A DNA stretch of 41,534 nucleotides from Candidatus Nomurabacteria bacterium. GTDB lineage: Bacteria; Patescibacteriota; Minisyncoccia; Phycocordibacterales; UBA9973. Positions within the stretch are counted from its first letter, which is position 1; every line of letters starts with the position of its first letter. Below the pieces are notes generated by a model that saw only the letters and a list, made by a program, of their open reading frames with translations, searched no databases and was not told where the DNA came from. Location of the stretch: assembly GCA_043758875.1 (NCBI GenBank), contig JAYVMR010000015.1:1-41534 (forward strand). The letters are read 5' to 3'. Both the position numbers and the translations under genes were made by a program. Below, in pieces: positions 17,121 to 25,572 of the stretch.

Positions 17121-19631
17121 TTATTGAAAGGTGATTATTTTTGAAATAGAACTTTTAGCATACAGAGTGTTGGTGGCATTGAAGGTCAAAGTGTGAGATC
17201 CCGCTTGAAGGCCATAATCACTCGGAGTGAAGACGAAATGGAAAGGGTCTGGTAATGTGGCGACGTAGTTACTATCTATTAATACATCAACACTGGTCAA
17301 TGGATTTTGTCCGGTGGTAGTGACGATGATTTCGGCATTGTCAGTAAGATTCATCGTAGTAGAAAGCCCGCTGATTTGTAATGCAGAACTGTTGTCCGCG
17401 CTAACACTGTCATATCCAGAAGGAATGTTGGTGCTACTGATAGTGGTGTAATTACCACTATTGATAGTCCACCAATTTTCAACAGAAGGTTCCCATAAAT
17501 GATACTGAGGGTCATTGCTTGGATTGTTTGGTACTGGGCCGCGAGGATCGCTTTTATTGACCCAATATAATATATCATGCACATCAGTGATAACCTTTTC
17601 GACTTGGGCGCCAGGAGGAGTATCAGCAGTCGCGCGCAATCCTGTCACTTTATCAACCATAATAGTGTCATTACCCATCCATTGTCCACGTAAGATAGGC
17701 TTCAAGGTCGCATATTCAGGATCAGGAACGGGCTGTTCAAATGCTGGAGCAGGATATTTACTCAAGGCATACTGCATGAACATTTTCCAGGTCGGACCAG
17801 AAATAGCGGAACCACCATTCTTCATCGGTGTATTATTATTATTTCCTGACCAGACACCAACGGAAATAGTGGGAGTATAACCAATTGTCCAAGCATCACG
17901 GTCGTTATTAGTAGTCCCTGTTTTGACCGCTACACCAGGAATGGTGATAATAGTTGGGCCAAAGGTGGGAATACGGGCTTGAGCATCACTCAAGACATTA
18001 TTCATAGTCAGGGCAACGTTTTTATCTATAACCTGCACGGGGTTTGGTTGGTATTTTTCAAGCACATTTCCTTGGTTGTCATCAACTTCTAAAATACCAG
18101 TTGTAGGATTGCGTACACCGCTGTTGGCAAAGACGCCGTACGCTCCAGTCATATCAAGTAAGGTCACTTCGCCTCCTCCCAACACTAAAGATAAGCCATA
18201 CTGACTAGGATTATTTAATGTGGTAATACCCATTTGATGGGCAGTATCAATGGCGTTAGGAACCCCAACTAAATATTCCAACTTCACTGACGGCACATTT
18301 CGTGATTCTGAAATGGCGCTACGCAATGAAATAGGGCCACGGAACTTATTATCAAAATTTGAAGGGTGATAACAGTCTTTTTCAGTGTATCCAGCAAGTG
18401 GTTGCTCATCAGCAGTACAGTTGGTCGAAAATTCCGTCGGCACATCAAAGAGTATACTGTCGGGAGTATATCCTTTGGTGAAAGCTGTGGCGTAGACGAA
18501 TGGCTTGAACGATGACCCTGGCTGACGTTGTGCGGTGGCCACATTATAGGCACCGTCAATATCTTTGGCAAAATAATCCTTTGAGCCAACCATCGCCAAT
18601 ATCTGACCGGTTGTCGGATCGATCGCCACCAATCCTTGGTTTGAATCGTTGTATTGTTTCTGATTCAATACTGTCTGTTGTGCCACAATCTGCTCGGCCT
18701 TTTGCTGCAGGTCATAATCAAGAGTGGTTTTAATAGTGTATCCACCATTTTCCATGACATCTTTGCCATATTTTTTTTCCAATTGCTCAAGTAGATAGAA
18801 GACAAAATGAGGAGCTTTGATGCCGGTAGTACCACTATTCTTAAATACCACCTGTTCATTTTTTGCCGCATTCATTTGGTCGGTGGTGATATACCCATAC
18901 TCATTCATTTTTTCCAAGACTAAATTCTTACGGGTATCAAGCTTGTCTTTATGTAAACCAAAAGGAGAGTAATACGTAGGAGCGGGAAGCATGGCCGCCA
19001 GATACGCCGCTTGCGCGAAGTCGATATCTTTTACCGGCTGGTTATAAAATGCTTCTGAAGCGGTTTCCATCCCGTATAATGTGCCGCCCATCGGCGCATC
19101 ATTGAGATAGATGCTCAAAATCTCCTGCTTGTTAAATTGCCGCTCTAAGCGCACGGCCAATATCCACTCTTTCAATTTTCGAGTGAGGGACTTATCATTA
19201 TTCAATAAAGTGTTTTTGACGATCTGTTGTGTGATAGTGGATCCCCCTTGGGTATAATTAGCATGAGTGATATCTATAAAAATAGATCTAAGAATAGATG
19301 TCGGACGGATACCCATATGACTGTAAAAATCGTGATCCTCGATGGAGATAACCGCGTTTTGGATATTGTCACCCATATTAGGAAGGGTGACTTCGGTGCG
19401 GCGAACGGACTGGTGCACATCATAGAGCACTACCAGACCGGTACGATCGGTGATTTTTGACGAATTGGCGATCTGACGCGCTTCAAAGGAAGAAATATCA
19501 GGCAGTTTTACGAAACTGGCCCAAACCAGCACTGATCCGATGAAAATAAAAAAAATAGCGAGCAAGCCCAACATGATATTTTTCCAGGTCCTTTGAAAAG
19601 GAATATGGAAGCGTGATGTATGTTTTCTCAT
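17121..19631 (-). CDS. Class A penicillin-binding protein (PBP1A/1C type) with C-terminal Ig-like domain
   Basis: Glycosyltransferase motifs EDHDFYSH, QGGSTITQQ, RKLKE; transpeptidase motifs RQPGSSFKP, SRN, KTGT; TATGAT 7 nt before ATG 19631. Confidence 0.93.
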   Translation of the reverse strand: MRKHTSRFHIPFQRTWKNIMLGLLAIFFIFIGSVLVWASFVKLPDISSFEARQIANSSKITDRTGLVVLYDVHQSVRRTEVTLPNMGDNIQNAVISIEDHDFYSHMGIRPTSILRSIFIDITHANYTQGGSTITQQIVKNTLLNNDKSLTRKLKEWILAVRLERQFNKQEILSIYLNDAPMGGTLYGMETASEAFYNQPVKDIDFAQAAYLAAMLPAPTYYSPFGLHKDKLDTRKNLVLEKMNEYGYITTDQMNAAKNEQVVFKNSGTTGIKAPHFVFYLLEQLEKKYGKDVMENGGYTIKTTLDYDLQQKAEQIVAQQTVLNQKQYNDSNQGLVAIDPTTGQILAMVGSKDYFAKDIDGAYNVATAQRQPGSSFKPFVYATAFTKGYTPDSILFDVPTEFSTNCTADEQPLAGYTEKDCYHPSNFDNKFRGPISLRSAISESRNVPSVKLEYLVGVPNAIDTAHQMGITTLNNPSQYGLSLVLGGGEVTLLDMTGAYGVFANSGVRNPTTGILEVDDNQGNVLEKYQPNPVQVIDKNVALTMNNVLSDAQARIPTFGPTIITIPGVAVKTGTTNNDRDAWTIGYTPTISVGVWSGNNNNTPMKNGGSAISGPTWKMFMQYALSKYPAPAFEQPVPDPEYATLKPILRGQWMGNDTIMVDKVTGLRATADTPPGAQVEKVITDVHDILYWVNKSDPRGPVPNNPSNDPQYHLWEPSVENWWTINSGNYTTISSTNIPSGYDSVSADNSSALQISGLSTTMNLTDNAEIIVTTTGQNPLTSVDVLIDSNYVATLPDPFHFVFTPSDYGLQAGSHTLTFNATNTLYAKSSISKIITFQ

Positions 19632-19757
19632 ACCTCTCATCATAGTCGAAAAGTGCCAAAAAATAAAGGAAAAACAAGAAACTCTTGAGGTCCTACCTAA
19701 AGAGTTTTCTATAAATCCTTTAAAAAATAAGGAAAAAATGATAGTATCCATATATCT

Positions 19758-20963
19758 ATGGATACCAAGCAAAAAATTGAAGAAGCACTTACTCGATCAG
19801 TGGACACGGTATATCCCTCAAAAGAAGTTGTGGCAGAAGCATTGTCATCAGATAAAAAACTTCGTGTCTATATGGGGATTGATCCCACGGCCACCTATGT
19901 TCATTTGGGCCATTCTACAAACTACATCATTTTGAAACGTTTTCATGAACTCGGACACAAAATAATCGTGCTCATTGGAGATTTTACCGCCATGATCGGT
20001 GATCCCAGCGATAAGTCTGCGGCCCGCAAGAAACTTACCAAAGAAGATGTGAAAAATAATCTTAAAACATTCAAAGAGCAAATCGGGAAAATTCTTGATT
20101 TTGAAAATAAAGACAACCCTATCGAATTTCGTTTTAACTCGGAATGGTTGGCAAAATTAACTTTTGAAGACTCTGTTTCACTCGCGTCACATTTCACCGT
20201 TCAACAAATGATCGAGCGTGATACATTTCAAAAACGATTAAAAGATCAAAAACCGCTCTATGTTCATGAATTTTTCTATCCCTTGATGCAGGGGTATGAC
20301 TCGGTGGCACTTGATGCTGATATTGAAATAGGGGGCACTGATCAAACATTCAACATGCTTGCCGGGAGAACACTGGTAAAGGCTTATCAACAAAGAGAAA
20401 AATTTGTCATCTCGACCACTCTTTTAGAAAACCCTGTAACGGGAGAAAAATTGATGAGTAAAAGTCTTGGTACGGGAATCGCTATCGATGAGGATGAGTT
20501 TGCAATGTACACCAAAGTAATGCAACTACCCGATGAAGCAATCCTGCAATGTTTTATTGACTGTACATATCTATCAATAAGTGAAATACAATCATTGGAA
20601 AACAGAATCAAGGTCGGAGAAAATCCTCGCGATATTAAAATGATACTGGCAGATGAAATTGTAAAAATATACCATGGAGCAGAAGCGTCAAAAAAAGCGC
20701 AAGAATATTTTATCCAAATTTTTAACAAAAAAGAAGTTGCCCATGAAGGAATAATGGAAGTGCCGGCAAAAGGAAAAACACTGGAAGATATTCTACTAGA
20801 AGAAAATTTTGTTTCATCAAAGTCCGATCTTCGTCGACTTGTTGAATCAGGAGCAGTAAGTAATTTTGAAACGAAAGATATATTATCAATCGATCAAATT
20901 AAAGAGATTGCAGTTCCTGGAGTGTACAAGGTAGGCAAAAGCCGCATCATTCGTATCGTTTAA
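19758..20963 (+). CDS. tyrS: Tyrosine--tRNA ligase
   Basis: GIDPTA..HLGH, YPLMQGYD, GGTDQTFN, LMSKS, C-terminal S4-like domain. Confidence 0.97.
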   Translation: MDTKQKIEEALTRSVDTVYPSKEVVAEALSSDKKLRVYMGIDPTATYVHLGHSTNYIILKRFHELGHKIIVLIGDFTAMIGDPSDKSAARKKLTKEDVKNNLKTFKEQIGKILDFENKDNPIEFRFNSEWLAKLTFEDSVSLASHFTVQQMIERDTFQKRLKDQKPLYVHEFFYPLMQGYDSVALDADIEIGGTDQTFNMLAGRTLVKAYQQREKFVISTTLLENPVTGEKLMSKSLGTGIAIDEDEFAMYTKVMQLPDEAILQCFIDCTYLSISEIQSLENRIKVGENPRDIKMILADEIVKIYHGAEASKKAQEYFIQIFNKKEVAHEGIMEVPAKGKTLEDILLEENFVSSKSDLRRLVESGAVSNFETKDILSIDQIKEIAVPGVYKVGKSRIIRIV

Positions 20964-21070
20964 AGATTGAACATTTCGCCGAGCATCTTGGACCAGCTTT
21001 CTTGCAAATAGTTCACCACTAAAAAGGAGGGGATGAAAATAACAGTGAGTGTTTTTTCGACAATTTCCAT
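20960..21070 (-). CDS. Candidate 36-aa small protein
   Basis: MEIVEKTLTVIFIPSFLVVNYLQESWSKMLGEMFNL*; fills the gap and its stop overlaps the tyrS stop. Confidence 0.35.
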   Translation of the reverse strand: MEIVEKTLTVIFIPSFLVVNYLQESWSKMLGEMFNL

Positions 21071-21164
21071 GTCGCTATCCTAACGGCAAGCGCCCGTATT
21101 GTAAAGTCGCTGGTTTCGTTGTCTGTCACAAAACAATGTTTTTATCGTGCTATTATAGATCTAT

Positions 21165-22064
21165 ATGACGATAGTAGTTGCTGGGGGAAGTGGATTTATT
21201 GGCACTATGCTGACCAGGCGGTTGTTGGGGCAAGGACATACTGTGGTGGTAGTGGCTCTTACAGCACCTCATTTTACCCACCAAAACCTCTTTTTCATTC
21301 AATGCGACCTAGTGCTTCAGCCGCTGCCATATAACATCCTGGAGCACGCCGACACAGTGATCAATCTGGTCGGCTTTCCCATTAATAAAAAATGGACACC
21401 TGAACACAGGGTGGCTATCAAGGAAAGCAGGGTTAAGAGCACGGAAGCTATTGTTGCCGCTATCGCTTCGGCGCACAGTCGTCCACAAGTATTTATTTGT
21501 GCCTCCGCCACGGGTTTTTATGGCGATACAGGAGTAATGACCGCGGATGAACAATCTATTAATGGCGAAGGGTTTCTGACTGAAGTGACGATAGAGTGGG
21601 AAGATGCGGCACGCAAAGCCACCGAATACGGCGTGCGCGTGGTCTGTGTCCGCACCGCTCCAGTCATCGGACGCGGCGGCATGATGGCAGTGTTAAAAAA
21701 CCCCGCACGGTTTGGCATTATTCCCCGAACGACGAAGGAAGATTTTTGGTTCTCTTGGATTGCCGAAATAGATATCGTCAATGCGTATCTGTTCGCATTG
21801 GAAACCAGTACCCTGCAAGGCATCGTCAATGCCAGCGCGCCGGAACCTGTCCTATATAATTCATTTTTGAATTTGTTGAAAACAACATGGAAGCACCGCA
21901 TTATCGTGACGGTCCCGCAATGGTTGTCAAAGAGAGTATTCGGTGAAGGATATAAGGAAATAGCGCGCAATAGCCGCGTCGTGCCAAAACGACTGCTCGA
22001 TAAAGGATTTGAATTCGTGTACCCGACCATTGAGAGTGCGATTGAAGCGTATGAAAAAAAATGA
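21165..22064 (+). CDS. TIGR01777-family NAD-dependent epimerase/oxidoreductase
   Basis: GGSGFIG, SRVKST, ASATGFYGD, GFL..V..EWE, VVPKRLLDKGFEF.YP. Confidence 0.9.
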   Translation: MTIVVAGGSGFIGTMLTRRLLGQGHTVVVVALTAPHFTHQNLFFIQCDLVLQPLPYNILEHADTVINLVGFPINKKWTPEHRVAIKESRVKSTEAIVAAIASAHSRPQVFICASATGFYGDTGVMTADEQSINGEGFLTEVTIEWEDAARKATEYGVRVVCVRTAPVIGRGGMMAVLKNPARFGIIPRTTKEDFWFSWIAEIDIVNAYLFALETSTLQGIVNASAPEPVLYNSFLNLLKTTWKHRIIVTVPQWLSKRVFGEGYKEIARNSRVVPKRLLDKGFEFVYPTIESAIEAYEKK

Positions 22065-22911
22065 CGTCACAATAAAAGGCTGGAACGAATACGAACTGTT
22101 GGATTCGGGGGAAGGGAGAAAACTGGAACGGTTCGGGGATGTCGTACTTGATCGCCCTGACCCACAAGCGTTATGGAAAAAAACTGATCCAAAAATATGG
22201 ATGAATGCACAAGCGCAATTTTTATGGGTGGAAAAAGGCGAGCGCTGGAGCCTCAGCAAAGGGTTGGCCGAAGAATGGCCAATACATTGGAATAATATGA
22301 CACTGACGCTTTCTTTCAAAGGATTCAAACATGTCGGCATGTTTCCCGAGCATAATGAACAATGGCAAGAACTGCAACAGTTGGGCAAAAGAAATCCTGG
22401 ATTGAAGATGCTCAACCTGTTCGGCTACACAGGCGCAGCCAGTATTGTTGCTGCCCAAGCCGGCATGCAGGTGACACATGTCGATGCGTCAAAACAAACC
22501 GTGCAAACAGTCAAAGACAATGCGACAGCATCCAGCTTGCCGAGCAATGAGATGCGTACCGTCGTGGAAGACGCGCTGAAATATGCCAAGCGATTGGTGC
22601 AGCGCGGAGAGCAATTTGAAGTCATTGTCATGGACCCGCCAGCATTCGGTCGTGGACCGAAAGGCGAGGTCTGGAAAATAGAAGAAAAGCTGCTAGAGCT
22701 AATCACAGTTTTGCCACAATTGCTTTCAACTGAGGCAAAACTGGTCATCCTCAACGGCTATGCCGCCGGCTACAGCGCGCGAACATTCGGCGAGCTGTTG
22801 CAAGACGTCTTGCCGCAAGGAACTATTTCATACGGAGAGATCAGTATCAAGCAAAAAGACAGTGAGCGACTGCTGACGACCGGCATTTACAGTAAATGGC
22901 AAGACCGATAA
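22051..22911 (+). CDS. Class I SAM-dependent methyltransferase (RlmI/K-like)
   Basis: YELLDSGEGRKLERFG, LNLFGYTG, HVDASK, MDPPAFGRGP. Confidence 0.9.
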   Translation: MKKNDVTIKGWNEYELLDSGEGRKLERFGDVVLDRPDPQALWKKTDPKIWMNAQAQFLWVEKGERWSLSKGLAEEWPIHWNNMTLTLSFKGFKHVGMFPEHNEQWQELQQLGKRNPGLKMLNLFGYTGAASIVAAQAGMQVTHVDASKQTVQTVKDNATASSLPSNEMRTVVEDALKYAKRLVQRGEQFEVIVMDPPAFGRGPKGEVWKIEEKLLELITVLPQLLSTEAKLVILNGYAAGYSARTFGELLQDVLPQGTISYGEISIKQKDSERLLTTGIYSKWQDR

Positions 22912-22935
22912 TAGCGGTGTGATATACTTTTGGTC

Positions 22936-23379
22936 ATGCCTGCTACAAAAAATCCTTCGAGTCCCTCAGGACGTACCACACCCAAGTATACTTTTCCCGG
23001 AAATCTTAAGATTAAAAAAGGAATAAACGGCTTAGGATTATTTACTACCGTGCCGATGAAAAAAGGCGATTGTATCATTGAATATGTCGGTGATATCCTC
23101 ACCACCGATGATGAAGTCAATGAACGAGGCGGTCAGTATTTATTTGAAGTATCAAAAAAGAAAACTATTGACGGTTCGCCGCGATCAAATACTGCGCGCT
23201 ACATCAATCACTCTTGCCGCCCCAACTGCGAAGTGGAAATCTTGAAAGGGCAAGTGTTTGTCTATGCCAAGCGCGGCATCAAGGAAGGGGAAGAATTGTC
23301 TTATGATTACGGCAAGGATTTCTGGAACGAATATATTAAACCGAAAGGGTGCCGGTGTGAGAAATGTAGTACGAAGTAA
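22936..23379 (+). CDS. SET-domain protein-lysine methyltransferase
   Basis: GLGLF, IIEYVG, ARYINHSCRPN, EELSYDYG, post-SET CRCEKC. Confidence 0.93.
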   Translation: MPATKNPSSPSGRTTPKYTFPGNLKIKKGINGLGLFTTVPMKKGDCIIEYVGDILTTDDEVNERGGQYLFEVSKKKTIDGSPRSNTARYINHSCRPNCEVEILKGQVFVYAKRGIKEGEELSYDYGKDFWNEYIKPKGCRCEKCSTK

Positions 23380-23420
23380 CAAGTTTTCAGCTCACTGTAC
23401 GGAAATATAAATAGATACTT

Positions 23421-23501
23421 GTTTTCGCTGCGCACATAGAAATATTTTTTAGGGGTTAGGCGGGGCGGGCCAAAAAATATTTCTATGTGCGCAGCGAAAA
23501 C
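23421..23501. repeat. Perfect 30-bp inverted repeat with a 21-nt G-rich spacer
   Basis: GTTTTCGCTGCGCACATAGAAATATTTTTT (23421-23450) and its exact reverse complement (23472-23501). Confidence 0.95.
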
Positions 23502-23527
23502 TAAAGACAATCAGGAATAATAATATA

Positions 23528-23564
23528 AGTAAAAAGCCGATCACGTAGTGATCGGCTTTTTACT
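23528..23564. terminator. Bidirectional intrinsic terminator
   Basis: AGTAAAAAGCCGATCAC-gta-GTGATCGGCTTTTTACT between convergent genes. Confidence 0.85.
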
Positions 23565-23796
23565 ACCTTTCGTTCAGTACGTCGTCTCCGAACATATATG
23601 CCATATATTCTTCGTCTTCCGTCTCTTCTCCTTCTTTTTCTTCGTCACTCAACGCCCCATCATCAGTTACCGGCAACAAGACATCGTCTTCAATTTCCGG
23701 TACTACTGCAACATCTTCGTCGACTTCCACCAAATCAACCGCGTCGTCTTCGTTGAGTCCGCCTTGTCCTGTTAATTCTTCAAACTCTTCACTCAT
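23563..23796 (-). CDS. Small, highly acidic hypothetical protein
   Basis: 77 aa, 31 Asp/Glu by my count; ends at the terminator. Confidence 0.7.
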   Translation of the reverse strand: MSEEFEELTGQGGLNEDDAVDLVEVDEDVAVVPEIEDDVLLPVTDDGALSDEEKEGEETEDEEYMAYMFGDDVLNER

Positions 23797-23875
23797 AGTG
23801 TGTGTATATTCTATAAATTAATTTTTATAGCATATTTGTAGCAGATACCGATTTACTTTGCAATAGTCAAAATTA

Positions 23876-24379
23876 TTATTTCGTAAATTGCTGCAAGCGC
23901 AATGTTCCGGCAGCGGCCATACCCAGCGCGATGGCGTCGATTTCATCATCCAGTTTCTTTGAAATATCTATCTTTAATGTCATGGCCACCATTTTCTGCA
24001 CCCCGATCTTGTCGGCATTGCCGGTACCCGTCATGGCAACTTTTACTTCTTGTGGCGAGAGCTCAATCAAAGGCATGCCATGCAGTCCTGCCAACACCAC
24101 AATGACACCACGCGCTTCCGCCACCGCCAAGGCAGTCTTTTTATTGACGGAGAAAAAAAGCGTTTCCAGCGCGATGATATCCGGGCGGTACTCTTTTATC
24201 GCCGCTTCAATATTTTTAAATACCACCACCAAACGATCGGCATGACTGTCTTTTTTGCTGGTGATAATACACCATGAGTGTTCTACCTGAGTCGTAACAC
24301 CAGTGGTAATGATAGCCGCTCCGCATCGGTCATACCCCGGATCAATCGCCAAGATTATTTTTTGCTCGTTATGGTTCAC
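23876..24379 (-). CDS. ruvC: Holliday junction resolvase RuvC
   Basis: ILAIDPGYDRCG, ETLFF, AEARGV, PQEVK..TG.GNADK, DDEIDAIA. Confidence 0.95.
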   Translation of the reverse strand: MNHNEQKIILAIDPGYDRCGAAIITTGVTTQVEHSWCIITSKKDSHADRLVVVFKNIEAAIKEYRPDIIALETLFFSVNKKTALAVAEARGVIVVLAGLHGMPLIELSPQEVKVAMTGTGNADKIGVQKMVAMTLKIDISKKLDDEIDAIALGMAAAGTLRLQQFTK

Positions 24380-25340
24380 GAATATATTCCTTACCTTTTT
24401 CTGTCAGCTGACGTCCGCGCGGAGTGCGCTCCAAAAGTCCGAGTTGTATCAGGTACGGCTCGGTCACGTCTTCGATAGTGCCGTCATCTTCCCCGGTGGC
24501 AGCTGCCAGGTTTTTAACCCCGACAGGGCCACCGCCAAATTTATCACGAATGATTTTCAGTAAATTGATGTCATGCACACTAAGCCCGTTTTCATCCAGA
24601 CCGAGCAACTTGAACGCTTCAGCGATACTGTCTTCATTGATGTCTTGCTCGTTCATTTGCGCGTAGTCGCGAACGCGTCGTAATAAATAGTTGGCAATAC
24701 GAGGAGTTTTGCGACTGCGAGCGGCGATGGCAGTGTGAGCGATGGCGGGTAATAGTATGTCGAGTAATGCGGCCGAGCGAGCCAAGATGCGCGCGATCTC
24801 TTCATCGGTGTAAAATTCTAAACGATAGGTGCCACCGGAGAAACGGGAACGAAGCGGCGCGGATAACATACCGAAGCGCGTGGTCGCGCCGACTAAGGTA
24901 AAAGGCGGCAGGTCGAGCTGCACTGTGCGCGCCGATGGCCCCTTGCCGATCATAATATCCATCTTGCCTGTTTCCATGACCGGGTAGAGCACTTCCTCGA
25001 TAGTTTTATTCAAGCGGTGTATCTCATCGATAAACAGCATATCACCGGGCTGCAGGTTGGTCAGGATGGCCGCCAAGTCACCGACACGCTCGATGGCAGG
25101 ACCGGAAGTGATTTTGACTTGGGCATTCATTTCTTTAGCAATGACATGCGCTAAGGTAGTCTTACCAAGCCCGGGTGGTCCGTAAAAAAGCACGTGTTCA
25201 GGCGCTTGCCCGCGTGTTTTGGCCGCTCCGATCAGGATAGAAAGAGAGCGTTTGATCTGTTCCTGTCCGACATAGTCCGCAAATGTGGTTGGGCGGAGCA
25301 GAGAGTCGCTAAATTGTTCTTCAGGGGGAGTACTTGACAT
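24369..25340 (-). CDS. ruvB: Holliday junction branch migration helicase RuvB
   Basis: LRP..F.DYVGQ, GPPGLGKTTLA, FIDEIHRL, LPPFTLVGATTR, RTPRGR. Confidence 0.98.
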   Translation of the reverse strand: MSSTPPEEQFSDSLLRPTTFADYVGQEQIKRSLSILIGAAKTRGQAPEHVLFYGPPGLGKTTLAHVIAKEMNAQVKITSGPAIERVGDLAAILTNLQPGDMLFIDEIHRLNKTIEEVLYPVMETGKMDIMIGKGPSARTVQLDLPPFTLVGATTRFGMLSAPLRSRFSGGTYRLEFYTDEEIARILARSAALLDILLPAIAHTAIAARSRKTPRIANYLLRRVRDYAQMNEQDINEDSIAEAFKLLGLDENGLSVHDINLLKIIRDKFGGGPVGVKNLAAATGEDDGTIEDVTEPYLIQLGLLERTPRGRQLTEKGKEYIREP

Positions 25341-25424
25341 TTTTTTATAATATGCTATCCTAATACTAGTTCACTAACACGCGATCTATTCCTTTATTCT
25401 ACTACACATCAGTAGTAAGTGCAG

Positions 25425-25572
25425 AAAGAAGGTACTAATCTCTAAGCAGTCAGCCACAGGTTCTAAGTGTTTGCGCAGGACGTTTTGGTTTCGACTGGGG
25501 CTATCCTATAATCATGCTTTACTTGTATGTCAACGCACATACAAGGACTGTTTAGAGATTAGTGCTTTTTTT
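25425..25572 (+). ncRNA. Structured ncRNA, 6S RNA (SsrS)-like
   Basis: 23-bp closing stem 25429-25451/25546-25568 with three G-U pairs on the + strand; apical stem capped by a UUCG loop; 9-bp hairpin 25522-25545. Confidence 0.6.

Noticed and set aside
25478-25500. GGACGTTTTGGTTTCGAC resembles a tmRNA 5' end
   Set aside because: No GGGG acceptor start, tag ORF or TTCGA..CCACCA 3' end nearby; the segment is explained as a UUCG-capped apical stem
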